A program made the position numbers and the translations under genes. A DNA stretch of 64,000 bases from Chitinophaga pinensis (GTDB lineage Bacteria > Bacteroidota > Bacteroidia > UKL13-3), in assembly GCA_945873755.1 (NCBI GenBank), contig CAMCEM010000002.1, positions 3,915 to 67,914 on the forward strand, in the 5' to 3' direction. Shown piece by piece: positions 1 to 11,318 of this stretch. The notes beneath the pieces were generated by a model. That model saw only the letters and a program-made list of their open reading frames with translations, ran no database searches and was not told where the DNA came from. Position 1 is the stretch's first letter. Every line of letters starts with the position of its first letter.

Positions 1-2236
1 TTGCTGATAAAACCAAATTATTCAAGTTGATATCACCTTTCAATTTGCTTTTATCGAAATAATAATAAATGCTGCTGGTATTTGATTTTACAATGGTTTC
101 CACATTATCAGTAAAAATAATTTTACCATTAAAATCTAAAACTTTGATTTTTAAATTACCTTTTATATTTTCTAATTTATCTGAAACAATAAATACTAAA
201 ACAGCATCGTTTTTTTCTTCAAACGAAATTAATAAATCATTGTACGATTTTTTCACTTGATAGTGCAAAGCTTTCCAATTTCCATCATCATCTATCGAAC
301 TCCAAGATGTAACAGGCCAACAATCATTTAACTGCCAATACAAAGTTCCCATACAATAGGGCATGGCCCTTCGGTGCGCTTCAATGGCTGTTTTCATTCC
401 TTCTGCTTGCAGCAATTGTGAAACATATATGTAATTATCAAAACTCTTTGAAATAGGGTAATCACGTTCCATATAAGTTTGAATGGTTTCAAATCCGGTT
501 GGATGTTTTTGATGAGTTTTTAAAACACTAGAATCAATTTTAAAAGCATTATTTTTGAATTGCAAAGCACCCATTTTTGTAAAAGTGCTTAATGAAGGCA
601 TCCCTTGAAAACCATATTCACTCATGTATCTTCCCACCTTTTTTTCGTAAGTTTCAAAAGGCTGCATTCCCCACCAAACGCCCCAATAATGTGCATCGCC
701 TTGCGTTAAACTTTCTTTGCGTCCCCAACCAATACTTGGTGAGCTTGGCCAATAAAACCTTGACTTATCCAATAATTGAATGGTATTTTTGATATTATTT
801 TCAAACAATAAAACATAGTCATTCCAAATTTTAGTGGAGTCAGTGGTATTATACTTATATTGTTTTTGCCAACCCCAATTTTTCCATCCTTCATCTATTT
901 CATTGTTACCACACCACATGGCCAAACTTGGATGATTTCTTAAACGAATTATTTGATCATTTACTTCCGCATTTACGTTTTCTAAAAAAGCTGAATCACC
1001 CGGATACATAGCGCATGCAAACATAAAATCTTGCCAAACCAATATGCCATTTTCATTACATAATTGATAAAAATAATCATTGGCATATTCGCCACCACCC
1101 CAAACGCGCAGCATATTCATGTTTGCAGCTTTGGCATCATTAATTAATTGTTTGGTTTTTGAAAACGGAACGCGTGGTAAAAAGTTGTCTTCAGGAATAT
1201 AATTGGCCCCTTTCATAAAAACAGGAATTCCATTTAATTTAAAGAAAAATGATTTTCCTAAACTGTCCTTTTCCTGAATTAATTCAATGGTTCGCAGCCC
1301 AAAAGTTATATCCTTTAAATCAATTTTTTTGCTAGCAGATTCTAAAATAATCGTATAATCATACAAATTTTGTTTACCTAAATTATGCGTCCACCATAGT
1401 TCAGGATTTTTGATTTTAGCATTTAACAAAACAGTGTTTTTCCCTTTTTGCAGTTCAATAAAAGTATCTTTAAATAATGGCAAATCACGACTTGGTTTTG
1501 AATTATACATTTTAAAATTATACATCCCCTCTTTACTACAATTTACTTCCACTTTAAATTGTATTTGCGCCAATTCTTTGGTGAGTTTTTCTTGGATAAA
1601 CTGCACGTGATTTATTTTGGCTTGATTCCAAAAATGTAAATGAACAGCTTTATAAACTCCACAAGTTACAAATCGTGGACCCCAATCCCAACCGTAATGA
1701 TACTGCGCCTTTCGTGTAAAAACTTTTTCGTTTCCGGGTAATTCATAAGGTAGTTTTTTTGCTTCCGCTTCTCCCCTATTAACTGCTGATTCAAAAACAA
1801 TTTTTAATTGATTATTGCCAATTTTCAAAAATCTTTTTACCTCTAAATTCCATGAACGAAACATGTTATTGGCAGTTAAAATTAATGAGTCGTTCACATA
1901 CACTTTTGCGTAAGTATCTAAGCCTTCAAAATTCAAATCAATGTATTCATTTTGATATTCGGATTTAGTAATAATAAAATCAGTTTTATATTCCCAATTT
2001 TCACGATCAATATACTGTAAAAGCTTTTCGTTATTGCCTATAATAGGATTTGGAATAATTTTATTTTGGAATAAATCGGTGTGAACGGTTCCAGGAATTT
2101 TAGCGGAAAACCATTTATTTTCTTGGGTGTTTTTAAATAGCCATTTTTCCTTCGACAAATCTCTTTCTGAAGTTTGAGAAATTGCCAGCATTGGCAAACA
2201 AATAATAGCTAAAAAAAGGACAATTAATTTCTTCAA
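1..2236 (-). CDS. Beta-mannosidase, GH2 (3' end runs off the window; absent from the ORF track)
   Basis: Manual minus-strand translation from TTG at 2236: signal peptide, PGTVHTDL, RKAQYHYGWDWGP, KGANYIP, NMLRVWGGG, WQDFMFAC, WCGNNE, SEYGFQ, GTLYWQLND. Confidence 0.9.
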   Translation of the reverse strand, partial: MKKLIVLFLAIICLPMLAISQTSERDLSKEKWLFKNTQENKWFSAKIPGTVHTDLFQNKIIPNPIIGNNEKLLQYIDRENWEYKTDFIITKSEYQNEYIDLNFEGLDTYAKVYVNDSLILTANNMFRSWNLEVKRFLKIGNNQLKIVFESAVNRGEAEAKKLPYELPGNEKVFTRKAQYHYGWDWGPRFVTCGVYKAVHLHFWNQAKINHVQFIQEKLTKELAQIQFKVEVNCSKEGMYNFKMYNSKPSRDLPLFKDTFIELQKGKNTVLLNAKIKNPELWWTHNLGKQNLYDYTIILESASKKIDLKDITFGLRTIELIQEKDSLGKSFFFKLNGIPVFMKGANYIPEDNFLPRVPFSKTKQLINDAKAANMNMLRVWGGGEYANDYFYQLCNENGILVWQDFMFACAMYPGDSAFLENVNAEVNDQIIRLRNHPSLAMWCGNNEIDEGWKNWGWQKQYKYNTTDSTKIWNDYVLLFENNIKNTIQLLDKSRFYWPSSPSIGWGRKESLTQGDAHYWGVWWGMQPFETYEKKVGRYMSEYGFQGMPSLSTFTKMGALQFKNNAFKIDSSVLKTHQKHPTGFETIQTYMERDYPISKSFDNYIYVSQLLQAEGMKTAIEAHRRAMPYCMGTLYWQLNDCWPVTSWSSIDDDGNWKALHYQVKKSYNDLLISFEEKNDAVLVFIVSDKLENIKGNLKIKVLDFNGKIIFTDNVETIVKSNTSSIYYYFDKSKLKGDINLNNLVLSA

Positions 2237-2904
2237 ACTAGTTTGGATTTAAGCATAAAAACTTCATCCAAATTGGCTGTTTCATTTTTTAAAACAGCTG
2301 ATGAATGAAACCAATTGGTATTAATATTTTCTTTCAACATTTCAATATTATTAGCACGAACTCCGCCACCCGGCATGATGCAAATTTTATTATTTGCTTT
2401 TGAAGCCAAAGCTTTCAATGATGATAAACCTTCCATTGCATTATTAGCATTTCCCGAAGTTAGTATGGTGCTGAATCCACATTCAATGATTTTATCTAAG
2501 GCATCCATTTGATTATTCATTTCGTCAAAAGCCCTGTGGAATGTGCATGGCAAAGGGTTTGCTAATTGAACCAATTCTTTATTTTGAATGAAATTCACTT
2601 CCTTATTTTCTGTTAATATTCCAAAAACAAATCCATCAGCACCCGCATTTTTAAACTCTAAAATATCGTTTTTCATTTGTTCAAATTCCTCATTTGAATA
2701 AATAAAATTTCCTCCTCTTGGACGAATCATTACAAAAATTGGAATATGGATTTTTGATTTTAATAAAATAAAATCTGCTAATTTTGGGGTAACACCACCT
2801 ACATTCATGTCTGCACAAAACTCAATTCTATTGGCACTTGCTTGCTGCGCAATGATGGCAGATTCCAAATTAAAACAAGCAATTTCTAAATGGTTTTTTT
2901 GCAT
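2233..2904 (-). CDS. cutC: CutC-family protein
   Basis: LEIAC, RIEFC, GGVTP, VMIRPRGGNF, TFHRAFD, ILTSG and IMPGGG motifs. Confidence 0.92.
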   Translation of the reverse strand: MQKNHLEIACFNLESAIIAQQASANRIEFCADMNVGGVTPKLADFILLKSKIHIPIFVMIRPRGGNFIYSNEEFEQMKNDILEFKNAGADGFVFGILTENKEVNFIQNKELVQLANPLPCTFHRAFDEMNNQMDALDKIIECGFSTILTSGNANNAMEGLSSLKALASKANNKICIMPGGGVRANNIEMLKENINTNWFHSSAVLKNETANLDEVFMLKSKLV

Positions 2905-2922
2905 AAATATTCAAACTTTTAG

Positions 2923-3909
2923 TTAAAGTTTATAATGATAAGGCGCATCCAATAAAACATTCCCTGAATTGTCGTGAACGGCATAATTAAAGCCACTTTG
3001 CACACAATACGAACCATGTTCACCATTTTTATTTAACGCAATAAAACCAACTTGAATATCTTTCAATTCTTTCTTCCTTAATTTCATTAATTTTACAACC
3101 CTGGCTACTGCTTCTTCGCAAGCCTTTTGAGGCGAATTTCCTTGACGCATTAACTCAACCACTAAATGACAACCAGCAATTCTAATTACTTCCTCTCCAT
3201 GACCAGTTGCAGTGGCTGCGCCAATTTCATTATCTACGTACAAACCTGCACCAATAATGGGCGAATCGCCCAGTCGGCCATGCATTTTGAAAGCCATTCC
3301 GCTGGTGGTACAAGCACCCGAAAGATTGCCATTTGCATCTAATGCAATCATGCCAATGGTATCATGATTTTCAATATTTACAATGGGTTTGTATTGGGAA
3401 GTTTTTAACCATTCTTTCCATTCTTTTTCGGAAGCTTCTACCAATAAATTTTCTTTTTTAAAACCTTGCGAAAGTGCAAATTGCAAAGCACCATCACCCA
3501 CAAACATCACATGTGGCGACTTTTCCATAACAGCTCTTGCCACCGAAATAGGATGCTTAATAAATTCTAAACAAGCTACAGAACCAATATTCGACATTTC
3601 ATCCATGATGCAAGCATCTAATGTAACTCTTCCATCTCTATCTGGTCGGCCGCCATAACCTACACTTCGTTCATTTGGATCCGCTTCGCAAACCATTACA
3701 CCAGCTTCCACCGCATCTAAAGCTTTACCATTATTTTTCAATATTTCCCATGCAGTTTCATTGCATTTTAGTCCAAATTTCCAAGTAGATAAAACTATTG
3801 GTTTGTTCACTTTTCCATTCGGTTTAATTTCAGCATTTGCGCTTCTATTTACCAATAATGCTGCCGAAGCCAATGCCGATGTTTTTAAAAATTTTCTTCT
3901 GTCTGTCAT
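2923..3909 (-). CDS. N4-(beta-N-acetylglucosaminyl)-L-asparaginase (glycosylasparaginase), Tat-exported
   Basis: RRKFLK Tat motif; HD|TIG autocleavage site; TTSG, GRLGDSPIIGAG, ATGHGE. Confidence 0.92.
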   Translation of the reverse strand: MTDRRKFLKTSALASAALLVNRSANAEIKPNGKVNKPIVLSTWKFGLKCNETAWEILKNNGKALDAVEAGVMVCEADPNERSVGYGGRPDRDGRVTLDACIMDEMSNIGSVACLEFIKHPISVARAVMEKSPHVMFVGDGALQFALSQGFKKENLLVEASEKEWKEWLKTSQYKPIVNIENHDTIGMIALDANGNLSGACTTSGMAFKMHGRLGDSPIIGAGLYVDNEIGAATATGHGEEVIRIAGCHLVVELMRQGNSPQKACEEAVARVVKLMKLRKKELKDIQVGFIALNKNGEHGSYCVQSGFNYAVHDNSGNVLLDAPYHYKL

Positions 3910-5534
3910 TATTTAATTGGTAAAAAATGTTTGGCGTAATTAACTTTCATTCTATCTAAAATTCCTTTGTGAATGTATAATCTTTCTTGAAAATCTGGAA
4001 AATTTTTGTACTCCATATTGGTCCATAAAACCTCTGATAAAGCGCTCATTCTTGGCAAAGCCATGTACTCAACTTGTGAAAAATTAGTAATGTATTCTGT
4101 CCAAACATTTGCTTGCGCACCCATGATAAATTTTTGTTCATTTTCATTTAAAGAATCTGGAGTTGGGTTATAATTATAAACGGAATCTAATGGATTAAAT
4201 CCACCAATTGCCATGGGTTCAGCAGCTTTGTCCCTGCTTTGATAATGATCAAAATAACATGGTCTTCCCGGACTCATTACCACAAAATGATTTTGTTTGG
4301 CGGCAGCAATTCCACCATTGATTCCTCTCCAACTCATTAACGCTGCGTTGGGTGCTAATCCACCTTCTAAAATTTCGTCCCAACCTATAATTTGTCGTCC
4401 ATTTGCATTCACATATTTTTCAATTCTGGTAATAAAATAACTTTGTAATTCTTCTTCATTTTTTAAATGTTCATCTGCTTTTCGCTTCTGGCATTTTGCG
4501 CACGATTTCCATTTAGTTTTTACACACTCATCGCCCCCAATATGAATGTATTTACTCGGAAATAATTCCATTACTTCCTTTAAAATATTTTCTAAAAACA
4601 CAAAAGCTTCATCGTTTCCAGTACAATACACATCATCGGAAACACCCCAACGGCTATAGGTTTCAAACGGACCAGCATTACACGCATATTGCGGATACGC
4701 AGCCAAAGCAGCTAATGAATGTCCGGGCATTTCTATTTCAGGAAGTACCGTAATATGTCTGTTTTTTGCATACGCAACAATTTCTTTGATGTCGTTTTGC
4801 GTGTAAAAACCCTCATACAAAGTGCTGTCGTATTTATCGTTTGCGGAAGGATTTCCTAATGAATCAAATGTTGGTTTGCCAATTAAAGTGGCTTTTCGTT
4901 TACTACCAATTTTAGTTAAAAACGGATATTTTTTTATTTCAATTCGCCATCCTTGGTCATCCACCAAATGCCAATGAAAAACATTTAGTTTATACATGGC
5001 CAAATAATCAATGTACTTTTTTACTTCGTTTTTAGTAAAAAAATGACGGCTACAATCTAAGTGCATGCCACGCCATTGGTAGCGTGGCGCATCATTTATT
5101 TGCAAACATGGAATTTTTAAAACAGTACTTTTTTCAATAGGCAATAATTGAATCAATGTTTGAATGCCATAAAAAATTCCAGCATTGTTTAAAGCATATA
5201 TATTGATTGTATTTTTTGAAACATTTAGTTGATATTCTTCTCTGTTGTTTTCACAATCTTTTCCATTTGCATTTAAAAAAGTGATTATATTTATAGCTGC
5301 TTTGGTTTTATGTGTAACTTTTAGTTTTAAACCATAATTTTCAAAAATATATTGCTTTAAATAAGCTGCTTCAGCAGATTTTTTTTCGGCAAAAATGATG
5401 GTGTTTTCATTGATAGAAAATGTTCCTTCTGCCTTTTGAATGCTATTAGGCAAAGGAATTAGCGGAAGTATTTGTGCTTGAATTTGAAAAAACAAAAACA
5501 AGGTACAGACACTTAAAAATACTTTTTTTATCAT
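3909..5534 (-). CDS. Beta-N-acetylhexosaminidase, GH20
   Basis: RGMHLDCSRHF, FHWHLVDDQGWR, PEIEMPGH, HIGGDE, WTEY. Confidence 0.93.
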   Translation of the reverse strand: MIKKVFLSVCTLFLFFQIQAQILPLIPLPNSIQKAEGTFSINENTIIFAEKKSAEAAYLKQYIFENYGLKLKVTHKTKAAINIITFLNANGKDCENNREEYQLNVSKNTINIYALNNAGIFYGIQTLIQLLPIEKSTVLKIPCLQINDAPRYQWRGMHLDCSRHFFTKNEVKKYIDYLAMYKLNVFHWHLVDDQGWRIEIKKYPFLTKIGSKRKATLIGKPTFDSLGNPSANDKYDSTLYEGFYTQNDIKEIVAYAKNRHITVLPEIEMPGHSLAALAAYPQYACNAGPFETYSRWGVSDDVYCTGNDEAFVFLENILKEVMELFPSKYIHIGGDECVKTKWKSCAKCQKRKADEHLKNEEELQSYFITRIEKYVNANGRQIIGWDEILEGGLAPNAALMSWRGINGGIAAAKQNHFVVMSPGRPCYFDHYQSRDKAAEPMAIGGFNPLDSVYNYNPTPDSLNENEQKFIMGAQANVWTEYITNFSQVEYMALPRMSALSEVLWTNMEYKNFPDFQERLYIHKGILDRMKVNYAKHFLPIK

Positions 5535-5650
5535 GGGATATATTTCTCTAAAATTGAATAAACAATAGTAGTAAAATATATAATGATTTCAATAAAGGAA
5601 AAAAGGAGTTTTAAAAGGAGATTTTTGTAAAAAAAGGAAGGAATTCTTGA

Positions 5651-5692
5651 ACCACATAGAAAATAAAGTTTATGCTAAATTTTCTATGTGGT
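5651..5692. repeat. 14-bp perfect inverted repeat downstream of msrA (terminator- or REP-like)
   Basis: ACCACATAGAAAAT ... ATTTTCTATGTGGT. Confidence 0.6.
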
Positions 5693-5728
5693 ATAATTAG
5701 CAACTATGTGTTAAGTTTTTTAAAAAAA

Positions 5729-6391
5729 TTATTTTTTACCAAACTTATCTCCAAATACTTTCTTAAACTTTTCTAACTTAGGAGCTATTACAAATTGGCA
5801 GTAAGGTTGGTCGTTGTTTTGATTATAGTAGTTTTGATGGTAATCTTCTGCAGTGTAATAGTTATTAATTGCAGTAATTTCAGTAACAATTGGTTTTGCA
5901 AATGCACCTGATTTATCTAAATCTGTTTTATACTTTTCGGCCAATTGTTTTTGATAATCGCTATTATAAAATACTGCAGAGCGGTACTGAGTGCCAATAT
6001 CGTTGCCTTGTTGGTTTAATGTAGTTGGGTCGTGGGTTTGCCAAAAAATAGAAAGTAAAGTTTCGAAACTTACTTTACTTGAATCGAACCAAATTTTACA
6101 TACTTCGGCATGGCCAGTTTTACCATAACAAACCTCGCGGTAAGTAGGATTTTTTACATCGCCATTGGTGTAACCACTTTCAATTTTTATTACACCATTT
6201 ACTTGTTGAAATACGGCTTCCACACACCAAAAACAACCAGCACCAAATACTGCTGTTGAAAGTGTGTCGTTATTTTCTGTTGTCATTTTTGTAGGAGTTT
6301 GATTGGTTTGTTTGTTGTTGTTTTGAGCACAACTTGTTAAACTTACTATTAGTAAAGTTTGTAAGTAAAAAATAGTTTTTAAAATTTTCAT
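5729..6391 (-). CDS. msrA: Peptide-methionine (S)-S-oxide reductase, probably exported or lipoprotein
   Basis: GAGCFWC, GHAEV, HDPT, QYRS, AEDYHQNY. Confidence 0.95.
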   Translation of the reverse strand: MKILKTIFYLQTLLIVSLTSCAQNNNKQTNQTPTKMTTENNDTLSTAVFGAGCFWCVEAVFQQVNGVIKIESGYTNGDVKNPTYREVCYGKTGHAEVCKIWFDSSKVSFETLLSIFWQTHDPTTLNQQGNDIGTQYRSAVFYNSDYQKQLAEKYKTDLDKSGAFAKPIVTEITAINNYYTAEDYHQNYYNQNNDQPYCQFVIAPKLEKFKKVFGDKFGKK

Positions 6392-6518
6392 TTTTTATAG
6401 TAATTAATTCAATGGCAAATATGATATAATAAATAACAAACGTTTTTTATTTAAGTTTGGTTTTGTAAGCCTGATTACATTTTAAAAAAAATACTTAATT
6501 TACGATTATTAAAAAATC

Positions 6519-6914
6519 TTAGTTGCTTGTTGTTTTACTAGGCTTTAAAATATTCCAAATTAGAATGGCAAATAGCGCAGTTAATATGGCAAAAAACTTT
6601 TCAAAATTTGATTTTGCAAAAATATTACCCACTGTATTTAGAATAAACAGCCCAAAGAAAAACCATAAAATTACATTTATTGTTTTAGTTGAAAACTTAA
6701 ATTTCACTAAATCAATTTTCATTAAAAGAATCCATGATAAAAATACATTTATTAGTATTGAAATACTTTCAAAAACGTACATTTCATTGTCAGTTGTAAT
6801 TTGTCCACCCCAAGCTATGTGGTAAGGAATTATTTTTACAACAATGCAAACATGAAATAATATTATGGAAAAAAGTAATCCCAAGAACAGTTTTATGGAG
6901 TAGTTAATATTCAT
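6519..6914 (-). CDS. Small membrane protein, hypothetical
   Basis: About 4 hydrophobic segments; AWGG and LNTVGN motifs. Confidence 0.7.
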   Translation of the reverse strand: MNINYSIKLFLGLLFSIILFHVCIVVKIIPYHIAWGGQITTDNEMYVFESISILINVFLSWILLMKIDLVKFKFSTKTINVILWFFFGLFILNTVGNIFAKSNFEKFFAILTALFAILIWNILKPSKTTSN

Positions 6915-6934
6915 ATTTATTTTTTTTAAATTGG

Positions 6935-7025
6935 TTTTTAACGTTTTTCAGCTTGGCGTAGTGGCGTATGATTAACCTCCGCTAATTGGCGGACCCACTT
7001 TTGACAAACCCGACTTAGTTACTGC
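6935..7025. repeat. Degenerate attC-like imperfect inverted repeat
   Basis: TAACGTTTTTCAGCTTGGCGTAGTGG ... CCACTTTTGACAAACCCGACTTAG; its minus-strand GTT end lies about 25 bp before the ATG at 6914. Confidence 0.45.
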
Positions 7026-7319
7026 CCTTCTTACGGTCAATGTTCTGTCGTGTCGAGTTAGCATTGTCCTTGTGCGAGAATGGACCAGGTACACCCACAT
7101 AATAAAGGTAGATTTGCTAAACATTCAGATGAAAGAATAGAGGAGAAGGCTTAAATCAAGGAGCACAAAAAACATGGTTTTGTGAATTTGTATTATATCT
7201 TGAGCTAATGGCCAATATTCTAACAAGCTATATTATAAATTAGAATACAATAATTTTCCTATTCAAATAAATATCGAAAAAATGACGCGATTAAATCCAT
7301 TGTTACTTGGCTTATAAGA

Positions 7320-9275
7320 CTAATTATTGTTCTGATTTATTGGCAGAAAAATAGAAAAAATACTTCCTTCGCCAAGCTTACTTTCTATTTTCAAACTTCC
7401 ATTCATTGCTACAATAAATTCATTACAAATCATTAATCCCAAGCCGCTTCCCTTTTCACCTTCAGTGCCATTTAAACTTTGTTTAGAATTGCTATTATTT
7501 AGATTTTGCAGCATTTCTTCATTCATACCAATGCCTTTATCAACTATTTGAATTAATACCTCTTTATTGTTTTCTGAATTCTCTGAAAAAAGTATTGATA
7601 TCTGTGAACCAACATGTGAAAATTTAATGGCATTATGTATTAAGTTACGCAATACAACCAACATTAGGTTTTTATCAGCAAAAAATTCCTTTGTAGTAGT
7701 TTCAGTATGTTGAATTGAAATTGATTTGACTTCACTAATGGGATTAATTTGAAGGATAATCTCTGAAATTATTGAAGCAAAATTTAAGCTTTCAACATTA
7801 ACCTTAATTCCTTGCTCCATGCCAACCTTAGCCCAACTCATAATATTCTCGAAAGTACCTGAAAGGCCATGAATTGACTTATTTATATCCTTACAAAACA
7901 ACATGAACTCTTCATCACTCAAATCATTGTCTGCATGCAAATCTATTATGTTTCTTAAGTTAGCAATCGGACTTCTCATATCGTGAGCAACAACAGAAAA
8001 TAATTTAGATTTTTGTGCATTTAATTCTTGTAGAACTTTTGCTTGTTCTTCAATTTGACTATTCTTTTCTTTTAATCGCTGATTGAATCTTCTTTGATTT
8101 ATAAGAGTAATAATCAACCAAAATACAATGATGATAATGAAAAATATTATGTACTTTCTCCTGTCCGACTTATCCTCCAGCTCAGAAATCTTGCTTACAT
8201 TTTCCTCAAAAGCAAAACGTTTACTATTTAAATTAGAAGTTAAAAACAATTTATTCCTATACCTGCTTTTTAATGCGAGATAAGCTTTCTGCATATTTTC
8301 AAGCGCCTCCATTTTATTTCCCTTCAATAACTGAAGCGCTCCTAGTTTACTCGTTCTTTCCATATTATAAATACTATTCTCTTCTTCATTCTTTGTTGAA
8401 TAAGCATTTATCAATGAATCTGCCTGATTTAAATAAATCTCTGCCTCTTTCACGTTATTTTGAGATAATTTAATATCGACTAAAGCTAAAATAGCATTGA
8501 TTGCGCTGGTAATTTGGTTTGAAAGTATAGATTCTTTTTTATCAATAATTAATAATTTCTCCGCCATTGCAAAATCGCCTTTGCTAGCCAAAATACTTCC
8601 TAAATTTCCTGATATGATTCCTATCCAAATTCTATTACTATCCCTTTTAGCCCTGTATAATCCAAGTCGAAAGTACTTTTCTGCTGAATCTAATTGTTCC
8701 TCATTTTTAAAAAGCATACCAAATGAATTAGCTAATTGAATGGATTCATAACCATCAAAATTCTTCAATCCGGCCGTTTCTTAATCACTTAATAATTTTT
8801 CATTCTCGTAAAAATGTCTTTTTGCTTCTTTATCTTGATTTATAGCTGATAAAAAATGGCAAACCTTTAAATTTAAATGGAAAAATTCTTTAAAAAGCTT
8901 CTTTTCTTTTAATTCATATTCTGTTTGTTCAATAATGGTGTGAAATTGAGCAGGACGACCAATATACATTTCCATCACTGCTTTTGAAAAATTCAATAAA
9001 TATTTTGTATGCAGAAACTCAGGACGTTTATTGTAGAATTTATCAAATTCATTGATATAATACTTCAATTCCTTTAAAGCAATTGTAGAACGATAGGTAT
9101 GATCACAAAGGGTTTCTAAAAAGCGAATTAGTTTCTCATCACTCGGATTGGATTTTAACTTTTGGAAAATCTCTTTATGTCTAATAATATTCCTAGCTTC
9201 TTCTAAAGTATCAATCTGAGCAAATGAGACTTTAACTAAAAATGTGAAAAGAATGATTGGTAGTATTTTTTTCAT
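7320..9275 (-). pseudogene. TPR-type sensor histidine kinase interrupted by one in-frame TAA at 8781-8783
   Basis: ORFs 8781..9275 (signal peptide) and 7320..8768 (TM, AHDMRSP H-box, NAIKF, DKGIG, GSGLGL) share a frame: GAT TAA GAA ACG GCC GGA TTG AAG. Confidence 0.75.
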
Positions 9276-9509
9276 AGATTAGTTACAAAATAAATAAAAA
9301 AATGGGAAACAATTTAATTTCATCCAAATTGAAAAAAATAATTCTTGAAAAATTAGTGAAACAAAGTTATTTGTCGTTTATTTAAAAATGATGCTTGATA
9401 TAAATTTTATAGCAGATTATTCATAAAATATTAATATCTATTAATAACAATTTCAAAAATAATCAGTCATATACAAAATGTATTTAAAATTATTTCAGAC
9501 ATGTGGCAT

Positions 9510-9767
9510 ATGAGTTCAAACGCAAATAGCAATTATATCAGACCCACATGGATGAGTACTTTATAGAAGTGATGGAAGCCATTTGTAAAAGGGCAACTTG
9601 TGGCAGAGGAAGAAGTGATTGTGTGCAGGTTCTCCAATTGGATTAGCTCATTGTGATGAAGTGGTTCATCAAATAAAAAAAATGATTCATAAAGATGATA
9701 TATCACGGAACATTATGTGAGAACTGTGCATGCAGAACAAAATGCCATTTGTATGGCAGCAAAGTAG
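9510..9767 (+). pseudogene. dCMP deaminase (ComEB-like) remnant
   Basis: Fragments YIRPTW/EYFIEVMEAICKRATCGRGRS, GSPIGLAHCDEV and RTVHAEQNAICMAAK*, with frameshifts, an internal deletion and truncation. Confidence 0.8.
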
Positions 9768-10113
9768 ACCTAAAAAAAGTAGCCAAATTGTTCAGCAAAA
9801 AATAAAGTGAAATGGATAATAGAATAGTGGCTTTCCTTCTTTTGGTCAATGGTCTTTCATATCGAGTTTGCACTGTCCTTTTGCGGTTACTTGTTTTGCT
9901 TACAAATGAACACAATGTGGGTCAGCCCCAAAATAGAATTAAAAAAAAGTGCGGTGGGGAAAATAAAAAATACTGAAGGGTCGGCAATGAGGGTCGGCTT
10001 ATTCGTTGCTCGTTTTAAATATGGTCTGTATGTTGGTCACTTAGCAAAATGGTTTGTCATTGTGTTTAAATTTTGTTCGGTCTATCGTCTTTTGAATGGT
10101 CTTCCTACCATTG

Positions 10114-10247
10114 GCTATAACGTTCCCATGGCAGGCGCAGAAAGCATTTCAACCTAAAAAGTTCCAACGAAACCATGAAGTCCAAATCTACTAATATGTT
10201 TCATACGAACCTAAATATGCTTTTACGCTTACCATTTATTACCTATT
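10114..10247. repeat. Degenerate attC-like imperfect inverted repeat
   Basis: GCTATAACGTT end; arm ATGGCAGGCGCAGAAAGCA (10128-10146) pairs with TGCTTTTACGCTTACCAT (10218-10235). Confidence 0.5.
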
Positions 10248-10289
10248 ACTTTAAAGACCAAATTCCATATTCTTTACAAGAATCATAGC

Positions 10290-11318
10290 TCATACTTTAA
10301 TCAGTTGTTTTAAACGGCCCTGAAAAGACTGGAAATAATTTCTTTTAGTTGTATCATTTAGATAAGAAGCAGCTACCATTTTTTCAACTAAATCTGATTT
10401 AGAAAGCATCAATGACATGATATCCTGAAAAGTTTTTTCACTGATTTCTGCTTTCTCCGCTAGTTTGGCAAATTGCAAACCGATTTTTCCTTGACCTAGA
10501 TTTCTAGGTAATAGTCCATCATCTAAAGTAAAATCTTTATCTTCTATATGAATACGGCTATTGAGTAAGTCATAAGCAGGACTTAGTCGATAATCACCAA
10601 AAGATGTTTCTAATATCGAGAAATTTTTAAAGTGTGCATCACCATTTGAAAAAAGATAATTAAAGACAAGTATTTTTAAAAGCTTTGGTGCTTCTATCTT
10701 ATAAGTTGTTAAATAGTTGCGCATTAATTCAAATATATCTAAATAATTACCAAGATACTTGTAATGTTCACCATGAGTTTGCGGTGTTCTTTTTGCTAAG
10801 GAAGCAAAGTCATCTTGTGCCAATTTTAAGCCATCTTCTTTTACATCAAATCTTTTGGTAATATAGGCAGGTGTACCATCTTTAAAAAAGATTAATGCAT
10901 TTTCCGCAGTCTCAATTCCATATACCTGACGGGCAATTTGCATAGTTAAATGCTCATTGGCGGGCATTTGATCTGGGTTTTTACCAGCGCCAGGAATCGG
11001 TTTCAGAATATAAGTACCATGTTCATTCTCATTAATAAGCCTTAGTTTGTTTTTGTCGAGCAGTACAGAATATTTTTCTTGCACGCCTGATATCGACATA
11101 CGTTTTCGGTTTTCATCAAATAGTTCATCAGTTTCTGGGTTTGACGATGGTGAATCGTAAGGCAAAATATGATGCACCTTCTTGCCCCGAAAGACTCTAT
11201 TTAAAGCGGTTTTACTATAAGTATCAAAACCTTCAGATAATGTTCCTGGACAAACTTTAATTAATAAAGGAAAATTATCAATTGACAATGGAGTTGAATT
11301 TTTTAATTTTTCGGTCAT
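10290..11318 (-). CDS. HipA C-terminal kinase-domain toxin (HipT-like)
   Basis: SISGVQEK, YILKP, NEHLTMQIA, YITKRFD, NGDAHFKNFS, LSPAYDL. Confidence 0.9.
   Translation of the reverse strand: MTEKLKNSTPLSIDNFPLLIKVCPGTLSEGFDTYSKTALNRVFRGKKVHHILPYDSPSSNPETDELFDENRKRMSISGVQEKYSVLLDKNKLRLINENEHGTYILKPIPGAGKNPDQMPANEHLTMQIARQVYGIETAENALIFFKDGTPAYITKRFDVKEDGLKLAQDDFASLAKRTPQTHGEHYKYLGNYLDIFELMRNYLTTYKIEAPKLLKILVFNYLFSNGDAHFKNFSILETSFGDYRLSPAYDLLNSRIHIEDKDFTLDDGLLPRNLGQGKIGLQFAKLAEKAEISEKTFQDIMSLMLSKSDLVEKMVAASYLNDTTKRNYFQSFQGRLKQLIKV

Noticed and set aside
9703..10157. ORFs 9703..9915 and 9849..10157 (also 12353..12538 and 29709..29963)
   Set aside because: They overlap pseudogene, operator or palindromic DNA and have no recognisable protein features.
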